Below, one piece after another: positions 17,193-25,764 of a stretch of 32,000 nucleotides of DNA (within the stretch, counting starts at the first letter, position 1; each line of letters opens with the position of its first letter). The position numbers and the translations under genes were made by a program. This stretch comes from Candidatus Jordarchaeales archaeon (GTDB lineage Archaea > Asgardarchaeota > Jordiarchaeia > Jordiarchaeales > Freyrarchaeaceae): positions 104,356-136,355 of the forward strand of contig JAWAHN010000002.1 of the NCBI GenBank assembly GCA_038889235.1. The letters run 5' to 3'. Under the pieces are notes generated by a model, which was not told the origin of the DNA, made no database searches, and was given only the letters and a program-made list of their open reading frames with translations.

Positions 17193-18014
17193 TTGCGCAG
17201 CATTACTGTGGCAGCAATTCAGCTAAAGAAAGCTGACAACAGGGAAGAAAACTTCAGAAATGTTTCTAGGCTAGTTGAAGACGCCATTAAAAGGAGCAAT
17301 GTCGACTTAATCTGCCTCCCTGAAAAGTGGAATATCAAGGAAGGCAATCCTCTCGTAGACTCTGAAGAGCCAAGTGGGCCAAGTATTAAGTTCTTGGAGT
17401 CCTTGGCTGAGGAGTATGGTGTCTACGTGCTCGGCGGCTCCGTATGGGAAAACTGGAATGGAAAAATTTACAATGTTTCCCGCTTGCTAGACCGCTCCGG
17501 AAAATGTATTTGCCTTCATCGAAAAATCCACCTCTACGGCATGGAAAAACATTTTTTCACTCCCGGGAACACGCTTGAACCCTGCAAAACGGAACTCGGC
17601 AGGATAGGTTTAACAGTGTGCTTCGACCTAGCATTCCCAGAAGTTGCAAGGATCCTCGTCCTCAAGGGAGCTGACATAATACTTAACCCAGCATTAATCC
17701 CGTCCGATGGCATTGAGAACTGGCATATTTACGTGAAAGCCAGAGCTCTAGAAAACAGAGTCCCCATAGTAGGAGTGAACTCGGTGAGCTTTGAAAGGGG
17801 TCTCAGCTGGCCTGGGGAAAGCATAATTGTAAGTTTCCTCAAAGGATATGAATCACCTGCAAAGTTAAAAGTGGTTGTGGGGAAAAGAAACGAGGAGGAT
17901 GTGCTAATCCAACAAGTTGACCTCGAATATCCGCGCCGCATACGAGCCATACGACTATCTGAAAGAGCCGAAATAGACAACCTCTTAGGTCTAACCCGAG
18001 AAAACATTTTTTAA
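17193..18014 (+). CDS. Carbon-nitrogen hydrolase (nitrilase family)
   Basis: Catalytic triad motifs LPEKW, HRKIHL, VCFDLAFPE. TTG start after AGGAGG. Confidence 0.92.
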   Translation: MRSITVAAIQLKKADNREENFRNVSRLVEDAIKRSNVDLICLPEKWNIKEGNPLVDSEEPSGPSIKFLESLAEEYGVYVLGGSVWENWNGKIYNVSRLLDRSGKCICLHRKIHLYGMEKHFFTPGNTLEPCKTELGRIGLTVCFDLAFPEVARILVLKGADIILNPALIPSDGIENWHIYVKARALENRVPIVGVNSVSFERGLSWPGESIIVSFLKGYESPAKLKVVVGKRNEEDVLIQQVDLEYPRRIRAIRLSERAEIDNLLGLTRENIF

Positions 18015-18050
18015 GAGCGGAAGTAGATGGGCTGAAAAGGAGGCGGAAAC

Positions 18051-18326
18051 ATGGGCAAAAAAATGAAGAAGGAACAGGAAAAAGTTACCGAAAAAGAAGT
18101 GCGTAGCATTCTTGTCGATGAAAAAATGCTTGAAACAATGGAGAAGGAAATCCCGAGAATGCGCGTGATAACACCGAGTGAAGTGTCTGACAAGTATGGT
18201 ATACGGGTCAGTGTAGCAAAAGCTATCTTGAAACGCCTGGAGGAGAAAGGGTTAATAAAACTGGTATCCTCAGACAAAAGGCTAAAAATATGGGTTGGGA
18301 GCAAGGCGGAAGCGGCTGCCGGCTAA
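18051..18326 (+). CDS. rps25e: 30S ribosomal protein S25e
   Basis: ITPSEVSDKYGIRVSVAKAILKRLEEKGLIKLV winged-helix signature with a Lys-rich N-terminus. Confidence 0.9.
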   Translation: MGKKMKKEQEKVTEKEVRSILVDEKMLETMEKEIPRMRVITPSEVSDKYGIRVSVAKAILKRLEEKGLIKLVSSDKRLKIWVGSKAEAAAG

Positions 18327-18880
18327 ACGCCAGCAGCGGACAGGGCTTCATCAAAAGCTCTAACCTGCTCTTTGTCGATATCGCACAAAACAATTTTCTT
18401 CAACTTGGTTCCCGAGTTGATGTGTCTCACGAGAACCTGAACCATTCTCCTTGCAGCCTCGTCCCGTGGAACACCTCCAACGCCAGTTCCGAGAGCTGGG
18501 ACAGCCAGAGTCTTAACACCGAGCTCCTCCGCACATCGAAGCGCTGCTTCCATGGCCATCTCGACTTTTTCGGGAGTAGTGGCCATAGCGGGCTCCTCCA
18601 TGGTAGGCGCGTGAATCACGTATTTTGCTTTGAGCTTTCCTGCAGTTGAAGCTATAGCCTGACCTACAGGTACAAAGGGTTCACCTCTTTTATCCCTCGG
18701 CGCCCTTTTTCGAGCGTCCTCCTCGATTTCAACGCCACCAGCTCTCTTGATAGCACCAGCAACCCCGCCACCCATCCACAAACGGCTGTTGGCAGCATTA
18801 ACTATGGCGTCGACTTCAAGCTTAGTTATATCCCCAACATGCGTCTCAATCTTAACTCCCCTGTATTCCCGTTCCAACAC
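18323..18880 (-). CDS. Macro domain (ADP-ribose binding / Appr-1-p processing) protein
   Basis: GDIT, AIVNAAN...MGGGVAGAI, VIHA, PALGTGVGG. Confidence 0.93.
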   Translation of the reverse strand: MLEREYRGVKIETHVGDITKLEVDAIVNAANSRLWMGGGVAGAIKRAGGVEIEEDARKRAPRDKRGEPFVPVGQAIASTAGKLKAKYVIHAPTMEEPAMATTPEKVEMAMEAALRCAEELGVKTLAVPALGTGVGGVPRDEAARRMVQVLVRHINSGTKLKKIVLCDIDKEQVRAFDEALSAAGV

Positions 18881-18911
18881 ACTCCCCCCTTACAATTTTT
18901 GTCCCTTACTC

Positions 18912-19355
18912 TTACTTTAGCATTTCCTTTTTCAACTCTCTTTTGACCACCTTACTTTGTAGCGCGGCTAGAATAAGAATGCTCACGACAATTAGGAACG
19001 CGCCCGCCGCGTTCGGCATCAAGAAAATAGAAGTCATGATAACTATCACTGGCTGCGCTAAGAGAACATGGTAGTTGTACTTCCATGGTGAAGTCATCCG
19101 CCACAGAAGAATTATGTTAAATGCCAGCAGCCATAGTGAGAACGCTAACTGCAAGGCGTAAATTGATGGCAGTGTTGAAATCGAAGAATAAATGAATGCT
19201 GTAAGCATCATGTTCAAGGGGTTAGAAGTGGCTCCAAGCAACGGCAACGTCGCGCTTCTCACATCGTTAACCGAGGAAAGCAATGCGTATACAATGTAGG
19301 AGAATAAGGCCGCATAAACTACTTCGACAGAGAGCAATAGTGTTATTATTCTCAT
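18912..19355 (-). CDS. Hypothetical membrane protein
   Basis: About 4 hydrophobic helices and a basic C-terminal tail; ATG at 19355. Confidence 0.65.
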   Translation of the reverse strand: MRIITLLLSVEVVYAALFSYIVYALLSSVNDVRSATLPLLGATSNPLNMMLTAFIYSSISTLPSIYALQLAFSLWLLAFNIILLWRMTSPWKYNYHVLLAQPVIVIMTSIFLMPNAAGAFLIVVSILILAALQSKVVKRELKKEMLK

Positions 19356-19463
19356 GACGGACTTTTCTGCCAAACTTGAACTGCACCTCCCCAAAGGCGC
19401 TAATAGATGGCAGTGGTCTTTAACACTTTTACTTTTCGAACTCTTTGTCTTTTTATCTTTTGG

Positions 19464-19476
19464 GAAAGTTTAAAAA
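19464..19476 (+). promoter_or_regulatory. BRE/TATA upstream of alba
   Basis: GAAAGTTTAAAAA, 75 nt upstream of the alba ATG. Confidence 0.45.
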
Positions 19477-19550
19477 TTCCGTCATCCCTTCTTATTCAAG
19501 AAAGTTCTAGGTTTCCAATATTAGCAGCAGAGAAGGGAGGGCGAATCCAT

Positions 19551-19877
19551 ATGGCTAAATCAAAGGAAAAAGGTTCTTCGACGGAAAATATGGTTTTTGT
19601 AGGTAAAAAACCGACAAAGTGAGGCGGAAGCCGCCCACGTCGAATGAGTTATGTTTTGGCGTGTGTAATGCAGTTTAGTCAAGGAGCCAATGAGGTGAGA
19701 GTCGTAGCGCGTGGAAGAGCGATTTCAAAGGCAGTCGACGTCGTGGAAATAGTGAGGCAGCGCTTCATGCCAGACTCCGTGAAACTAGGAGAAATTAAAA
19801 TCGGAACAGAAACTATTGGCTCAGGCGAAGACCAACGCAACGTGTCCACAATAGAGATACAGCTCGTCAGAGTGTAA
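19551..19877 (+). CDS. albA: DNA/RNA-binding protein Alba, interrupted by a 27-nt BHB intron; join(19551..19617,19645..19877), 99 aa
   Basis: Spliced product reads [17 protein letters not shown]...[17 protein letters not shown], a contiguous Alba signature. GGGAGG SD before ATG 19551. Confidence 0.93.
19618..19644 (+). other. 27-nt mRNA intron with a BHB motif in alba
   Basis: h C-G, H CGAC/GTCG (perfect), bulges AA|A and AA|T, h' GTG/CAC extended by GGCGG/CCGCC. Contains an in-frame TGA. Confidence 0.9.
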
Positions 19878-19899
19878 AAACTTCAGGAGGCTACGGTTC

Positions 19900-20103
19900 T
19901 TGATAGTTGTTGAAAAAGTTAAGAGGAATGACGTGAGGTGCGGCAAATGCGACGCACCTCTCACATTTACCCTTATTTGGGAGAACGGAAAGTACTCTTG
20001 GACCTACGAGTGTGAAAACTGCTCGTCTGCTCAAAAACAAAAGAAGGATCTTTGTGAAGACATGAGAGATGAATTTGTTAAGAGACTTGTGAGGTCATGG
20101 TAA
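19900..20103 (+). CDS. Small Zn-ribbon protein
   Basis: CGKC...CENC; TTG start after GGAGG; co-oriented with alba. Confidence 0.65.
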   Translation: MIVVEKVKRNDVRCGKCDAPLTFTLIWENGKYSWTYECENCSSAQKQKKDLCEDMRDEFVKRLVRSW

Positions 20104-20106
20104 TCT

Positions 20107-20688
20107 TTGCGGTTCAAGTGTCTTAAGTGTGGGAGTTGTTGTAGAGATAAAAAAACCATAGTCACATTGACTCATAAAGACATAATTAGGATCGCTGAGT
20201 TCTTGAGTTTGGACGAAAGAAGGCTTGTAAGGGATGTTCTCATTTTTTACCAAGTTGATGAAGGCCTTAAAAAGCTCCTTGCCTTCCCCTCCGTTGAAAC
20301 TTTCAGAGGGGAGGCGATCATAGGATTAAGGAAAAGAGAGGACGGGTCTTGCATATTTTTGCAAGGCAACCTCTGCAGTATATACCCGGCGCGCCCCATG
20401 ACATGTAGAACTTTTCCCTTCACGTTTTCCGTAAAGGAGGGATGGCTGAAGTACGGTGTTGCTACAAAGGCCAAGGAACTTTGCCCAGGACTGAACGAAG
20501 GCGAGGAGATTGACGAAAACCAGTTAGCTGAAATAGGCTTAAGCGCGGTCACCGAACTCGAAGAGTACTCCAGAATAGCTTCGTTGTGGAAGAAGGTGGT
20601 CGAAAAAAGCATTCCCGCGATACCCGAACTGTTAGTTAGGCTCATATTGCAAGGGAAAGATGAAAAGAAAATTGCCTTGACACACTAA
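20107..20688 (+). CDS. YkgJ family cysteine-cluster protein
   Basis: FKCLKCGSCC, CIFL, CSIYPARPMTCRTFPF, CPG. Confidence 0.9.
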   Translation: MRFKCLKCGSCCRDKKTIVTLTHKDIIRIAEFLSLDERRLVRDVLIFYQVDEGLKKLLAFPSVETFRGEAIIGLRKREDGSCIFLQGNLCSIYPARPMTCRTFPFTFSVKEGWLKYGVATKAKELCPGLNEGEEIDENQLAEIGLSAVTELEEYSRIASLWKKVVEKSIPAIPELLVRLILQGKDEKKIALTH

Positions 20689-20730
20689 AACAATGCACCT
20701 GGAAGTGATGAGTTTAACAGCTGACTGCAG

Positions 20731-21111
20731 CTACTCTTTAAATAGTTCAACTTTTACCTTTGCTCCCTGTTTTGCGCTGCGGAAAACCTCAAGCCCCTTA
20801 ACTACCCTGCCTACGGGGTTTACCTCAGAATACGGCCTAATTTTGTCGTAGAACACGCACAATGAGTCCCCCATAGGCCAGTAAGCTATCTCACCCACTT
20901 CCACACTTTCTTTTGCGTTTTCCTCCCCAACATTTATCCCAACAGAGAAGTATACCTCTTTGTTCTGCCACACGTTAACCTCGCTTGTTATCGGGAGAGC
21001 ATTAAAAAATGCATCAACCGTTGAAGGAGCCTTTGACCTGTCAATCTCACCAACAGCCTCTCCAGCACCCTCAATCAGAAAGCGAACCTTAAACTTGTCT
21101 GGCGCTCTCAT
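20731..21111 (-). CDS. Cyclophilin-like fold protein (DUF369-like)
   Basis: APSTVDAFFNALP, EVYFSVG, GEIAYWPMGDSLCVFY, VNPVG. Confidence 0.8.
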   Translation of the reverse strand: MRAPDKFKVRFLIEGAGEAVGEIDRSKAPSTVDAFFNALPITSEVNVWQNKEVYFSVGINVGEENAKESVEVGEIAYWPMGDSLCVFYDKIRPYSEVNPVGRVVKGLEVFRSAKQGAKVKVELFKE

Positions 21112-21169
21112 TTAGAAGAACTCCTCCACACATTCTGGCAGCGAAATTAGAAGAAAGAGAAAAAAGAAG

Positions 21170-22939
21170 CTACTTTTTGAGTGTTTCCGCTAGCTTCTCG
21201 AACGGAACGACCTCAACTTTCCATCCAGTGCTCTTCTCAATGGCATTCTTGATGGGAGCCGCCTCCTCCGGAACTATGAGTTTCCTGTGCTTAACTTTCT
21301 TGTCCACATCCTCTCTTTGAATAAACTCTTTCACGATTTCCCCTGTGAGCTTCCCTTCTTTCACCGCTTCGCTGACCGATAATCCGTCAACGTTGATTAC
21401 GAGGATCCACGCATCAATCCGCGCGTCTAGTAACGGTACTTTCACCCTGTAGAAGTCTTTTATGTTATTGGTTACGAGCACAACTGGGGAATTTTCGTTC
21501 GGGTCTCCGACGTATCTAAGACCGTCACGCGGCCTGTACTTGGTTTTCAGGAAGTCTGGAATAGCACTCGAGTCTTTCGGCCCAACGTAGACGTCCCATC
21601 CGCTTGCGTCCTCCAGTTCACCGGCAAATCTTGCTGCGAGTCCAGGTATTATGACTGCCCTATGTCTCACTTTCTCTGCTACCTTATACTCGTTGAGTGC
21701 ATCAGCCATTTTAGCAGCGTTCAACTGTCCTCCAGCCGCAGACGCCTCTACGCCTATACCTCCAGTATCTATTATCACAAGCCAGGCGTCTATCTTGGCT
21801 TGCTCTAGGTCTGACCTAACAACGGAAGCCGTAGATGCATAGTTTGTTGTTATCATTACCGGGCTGTCCTCGTTAGGGTTACCTATCGCGAAAAGTCCAG
21901 GCTCAACAGCTGGGTGTATCCTCGGGTCGGTGTAAATGTTCTGTCTCAGTGTTGCTAGAGCAAGGAAGCTCCACAGTTCCTTGGAGTTTATTATGAGGAG
22001 GTCAGCGTATCTGCAGATAAGGGCCGCTGCTAGGAAGGTCTCCATGAAAGCGGTTTCCAACTTTTCTGCTTCAGTCGCCGCCTCTTTTCCTATCCATAGG
22101 GTCGCTGGAACACCTACCAGCGGCCAGCCAACCGACTTATCTCCCCTCTCTATTGCAGCCCTTCTAAGCATCGTGAAGCTATCTATGGTGTCCGCTAAAA
22201 CTCCTGCACCCCACGCCGTTCCTGGGTCTAACGCCACCTGTATTCCAGCACTCGAGAGTGTAACCGCAAGGGACTTAAGCGTGTCAAGATCCCCGGGAGC
22301 AGCTACGACAACCGGGCACCCTGCTTCGAGTGCTATCTCAGCTACTTCCTTCCAGTTATCTCTCGTCGCAGCGTATAGCAGTGGCTTCCTGTTTTTCACA
22401 ACCTCGACGCCCGCCTTAAGACAAGCTGGATCAAGTGAGCAAAGTATCAGCGGGTAATTCGTATTGTCCGCTACAATCTTCACTGCTCTAGCGAACGTTG
22501 CTGGGTCTCTCGAGACAGACTTGATTGCTATCGCGTCGAGGCGCAGCTCAGCGCCCACTCTGAAAACCGACCAATTGCTTATCAGCTTAACGTTCTTGAT
22601 AAGCTCCTCCTCAGTCATTTCGTCATGTACGCAAACAGCTATAGCCGTTGGATTGAAGTATGTCAGCTCATGCCTGTACATCACTTCTTCTCCGCCTATA
22701 ACCACCTCGTTCCCGTCACCACCGAACTTCACGGGCCTAACTGGCGGTGTAACTAGCTCTTTGAGCTCTTCAAACGCCTTTTTGAACTTTGGATCCGTTG
22801 CCAACGGTTTGCAATTTTCAACCTCTAGCTCGTGCTCGATCAATTTGTAAGCGAAGGCCATGCAGCTATCTAAACCGCACTCACCGCAGTTCGTCTTGGG
22901 AAGGTAATTGTATATGTCTAGCGGTTTTAACCGAGCCAT
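21170..22939 (-). CDS. cdhE: Acetyl-CoA decarbonylase/synthase gamma subunit (CFeSP large subunit) with a duplicated C-terminal domain
   Basis: LPKTNCGECG...CMAFA [4Fe-4S] motif, TIM-barrel core, RQNIYTDPR, then two copies of the GxPNExSPV domain. Confidence 0.95.
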   Translation of the reverse strand: MARLKPLDIYNYLPKTNCGECGLDSCMAFAYKLIEHELEVENCKPLATDPKFKKAFEELKELVTPPVRPVKFGGDGNEVVIGGEEVMYRHELTYFNPTAIAVCVHDEMTEEELIKNVKLISNWSVFRVGAELRLDAIAIKSVSRDPATFARAVKIVADNTNYPLILCSLDPACLKAGVEVVKNRKPLLYAATRDNWKEVAEIALEAGCPVVVAAPGDLDTLKSLAVTLSSAGIQVALDPGTAWGAGVLADTIDSFTMLRRAAIERGDKSVGWPLVGVPATLWIGKEAATEAEKLETAFMETFLAAALICRYADLLIINSKELWSFLALATLRQNIYTDPRIHPAVEPGLFAIGNPNEDSPVMITTNYASTASVVRSDLEQAKIDAWLVIIDTGGIGVEASAAGGQLNAAKMADALNEYKVAEKVRHRAVIIPGLAARFAGELEDASGWDVYVGPKDSSAIPDFLKTKYRPRDGLRYVGDPNENSPVVLVTNNIKDFYRVKVPLLDARIDAWILVINVDGLSVSEAVKEGKLTGEIVKEFIQREDVDKKVKHRKLIVPEEAAPIKNAIEKSTGWKVEVVPFEKLAETLKK

Positions 22940-22954
22940 AATGACTCACCTTTT

Positions 22955-24151
22955 CTAAACTCTAGCAGTAACCCAGTTGAGAAGTGGGGGCACCTCCTCT
23001 TTCTTAGAGGACGTGAGGTACTCCACGAACGTCTTGAATATTTGTGCACTCGCTGGGTGAATCATCATGAAGACATCACACCCTACTAGTGACAGTGCTA
23101 GCGCCGTTATAGCCTCCCATATAGGCCCTCTGAACCTCTGGAGACCCCACTCGTCTCCCTTTTTCTTGTCACTCATGTAAGCCTCTCTCGCACCCCAAGC
23201 GTTGGTCGTTCCGGACGAAAGCGGCATCTGTAAGTCTGCATCCCCCTTGAGAGCTGAGAGCCTTATTCTTTCGTACACGCTGAACGAGTACTCCAACCCG
23301 TAGCCTAAAGCAGCCGTGGTTGCGTCCTGCACAATCCTATTTTTAGGCATGCCTGCATCCATTATGAGCTTGTTAAGCTTCTTTTGGTTGTTCACGTCCA
23401 GCTGTGTCCAAGATAGAACGTTGTGCCCATACTTCTTAGCCGCGTCAACTATCCTCTTCCAGTCAAGGTTAAGTGACGCTGAGTTGAGCATCAGTCTTTC
23501 TCCCTCGGAAACCGCAGCAGCAGCCTCGAGAACTTCAGGGTCCTTGTCTGGGTTCCCCGACCCACCTATAAGTATTGGTGTATCGACTGCTTGCAGAACA
23601 TCCTCTACGACTTTGGCCGCCTCTCTAGCAGGCGTGTTCTTAACATATGGGTCTGTGCTTATCAGATGCACTGTTACCAAGTCTGCGCCGAACTCGTTAA
23701 TCGCCTTCTTAGCCCAGTCTGCTGGATCCTCCATAACGTCTCCAAAGTGCTCCACTACAGGCTTCGGAAGGCTTATCGGCATGTCGAAAACGTCGAAAGC
23801 CACGACGGGCCTGTTAGGATTGTTGAACTCAAACCTATAGAAAGCAGGGGCTTTCTCGCCACCGATCTTAATGACCTTCTTACGCGTGCCTCCCTCAGCT
23901 CTAGTAGCTCCAAACTGGACCTCAACTATTTCCCCTGGGTACGACTCAATTGGACGCTCGAATTTTTGCTCGATGAGGGCTGCAGGTATTCTCGCCCTAG
24001 CTGCAGGAGGGAGCGCAGCAGCGAACATTCCTGGTATAACCTTGAGAACCAATTCTTCTGCTTCTATGACGACATCTTCAAGTTCCAGCTCCTCATATTT
24101 TCCAAGAATTTCCAGTATCTTCTTGCCTAGTGCTAATTCGTCTTTAGACAT
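22955..24151 (-). CDS. cdhD: Acetyl-CoA decarbonylase/synthase delta subunit (CFeSP small subunit)
   Basis: VAFDVFDMP, GGSGNPDKDPEVLE, DATTAALGYGLEYS, WGAREA, MIHP. Confidence 0.96.
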   Translation of the reverse strand: MSKDELALGKKILEILGKYEELELEDVVIEAEELVLKVIPGMFAAALPPAARARIPAALIEQKFERPIESYPGEIVEVQFGATRAEGGTRKKVIKIGGEKAPAFYRFEFNNPNRPVVAFDVFDMPISLPKPVVEHFGDVMEDPADWAKKAINEFGADLVTVHLISTDPYVKNTPAREAAKVVEDVLQAVDTPILIGGSGNPDKDPEVLEAAAAVSEGERLMLNSASLNLDWKRIVDAAKKYGHNVLSWTQLDVNNQKKLNKLIMDAGMPKNRIVQDATTAALGYGLEYSFSVYERIRLSALKGDADLQMPLSSGTTNAWGAREAYMSDKKKGDEWGLQRFRGPIWEAITALALSLVGCDVFMMIHPASAQIFKTFVEYLTSSKKEEVPPLLNWVTARV

Positions 24152-25566
24152 CAGTCTCCCCTGCTCTTATCGCTTCTCCTAATGATGAGCTTGTCCACTT
24201 TGATCTTCACGTTCTTGAAGATTAACTGCACTCCACCTCCGATGGCAGGCACACCTTCGACTGGAACAACGATCTCCGGCACGACGGCCCCGGTTGTCGC
24301 GGCTTCAGCCGCAGCCTCAGCTTTAGCTGCAGCCTCGACAGCCTTCCACCTCTCAACCACTGGGTGCCCTTTAGCCTTAAGGAACTCCTTAAGTTCCGCA
24401 GTGTTAGATACATCTTTCTCGGTTGCAATTTTGTCTCTAAGATGCTCAGGTATCGCGTCAAGAACTCTTTCCTTGACGTAAGACGGCAGCCATACAACTC
24501 TGTTCCAACCACCTTCAGCCTGCAGGAACTTCGGGCTCCTCATATACTCTATAGCGATGCCGAGGAAGCCCTCAACCTGCTTGCCACCACCAGTCTGGTT
24601 GGCCATTGTTGAGAACGGCAGACCGTTGACTGCAACACCTTGATAATTCCTGTCAACGATACCTATGCCGTCAACCTCTGGGATATAGAACGCTATAGCT
24701 TCAAAGCACCCACAGCTCGTGTGCGGATGCCCAAACATGCTATAGAGGAAAACCCTCTGAATTTCACCAAGAGACCTCTCCTTGGCAGCGGCATTTACCC
24801 CACTGTACTCTCCTACCACTGGGTCAAGCAGCTCACCCTTCTCAACCTTGAAGTTTGGACCCTTCGGGTCAACTCTAGCAGCTGCTCTAGCATCAAACCA
24901 GTTAATGGAACCACAAAGTGACACCCTGTTAGGAGTGATAATACACACGTGCGTCGGTGCGAAGCTCTGGCATAACACGCACCCATAAAACTCCTCCACG
25001 TCCTCATCCTTTAATCCTCTAGCCCTAGCATCTCTCGCCTCGTAGATCTTTAGGGCCTGCTCGTACATCTCCTCAACTTTCTTCGGGTCCGTAATATACG
25101 TCACCTGTATCTTCTCAATGAACGGGAACTCGGCCTTATAGAGCCTTGCCAAAACGCCACCGATCTGCTTGAAGCTATTCAATCCTTTCTTAAAGGAGGA
25201 CTGAGATATGCGGATCCAGATGTCATACCTCTGGTTAAGGTGCATGACCCCCTCAATATAGTTTGTAAACTCGTGTATACGCCTCTCAAGTACCCCTTCA
25301 AGGTCTTTTTCCAATTGCGCCCCTGCAACCTCAACAAGTATGCCAAGCGGGTATGAACCACCTTGTTCCAAGTCCTTTATATCCGGCCCAATTACACTGA
25401 CCCTGCCGTCCTCTATTTCGTTGAGACCTCTCACTTGTACCAGTTCGAACTTGTGTTTGACCTTCGGACCGCCGAACTCTACCTGCATATCTTTGCTGCG
25501 GATTCTCTCTCCTTCGTAGACCGGACCAACATCCACGGGGCATATATCCTTAAACGAGGACGCCAT
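24151..25566 (-). CDS. cdhC: Acetyl-CoA synthase beta subunit
   Basis: EGERIR, A-cluster ligands CVLCQSFAP and SCGCFE, GGGKQVEGF; Ala-rich C-terminal linker. Confidence 0.96.
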   Translation of the reverse strand: MASSFKDICPVDVGPVYEGERIRSKDMQVEFGGPKVKHKFELVQVRGLNEIEDGRVSVIGPDIKDLEQGGSYPLGILVEVAGAQLEKDLEGVLERRIHEFTNYIEGVMHLNQRYDIWIRISQSSFKKGLNSFKQIGGVLARLYKAEFPFIEKIQVTYITDPKKVEEMYEQALKIYEARDARARGLKDEDVEEFYGCVLCQSFAPTHVCIITPNRVSLCGSINWFDARAAARVDPKGPNFKVEKGELLDPVVGEYSGVNAAAKERSLGEIQRVFLYSMFGHPHTSCGCFEAIAFYIPEVDGIGIVDRNYQGVAVNGLPFSTMANQTGGGKQVEGFLGIAIEYMRSPKFLQAEGGWNRVVWLPSYVKERVLDAIPEHLRDKIATEKDVSNTAELKEFLKAKGHPVVERWKAVEAAAKAEAAAEAATTGAVVPEIVVPVEGVPAIGGGVQLIFKNVKIKVDKLIIRRSDKSRGD

Positions 25567-25764
25567 GGGCACCACTCCTCTCCAAATTAAGTCCTCTGTC
25601 GTCGAGAAACATTTAAGTTGTCCACTTTTAACTTTTTTTGTTAACTTTTATAACTGGTAGAGGCAACGCTCGGCTCAGGGTGGCTGATGGTTTCTCACGT
25701 ACCTTTCTTATCCGTCGAAAAGCTTTTTGTTGAAAGGTAACGCTTTTCTGATAGGTGTCTTAGG

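Noticed and set aside
18674-18691. Possible 18-nt in-frame BHL intron in the macro-domain gene (H AGGG/CCCT), in the short RDKRGEPF insertion
   Set aside because: No stop or frameshift needs removing, the flanking helices are essentially absent, and this loop varies in length among macro domains.
8057-19877. HDAC + macro domain + Alba as a chromatin acetylation module
   Set aside because: The genes are up to 10 kb apart and not co-transcribed, and the known Alba deacetylase in Sulfolobus is Sir2-type, not this HDAC class.
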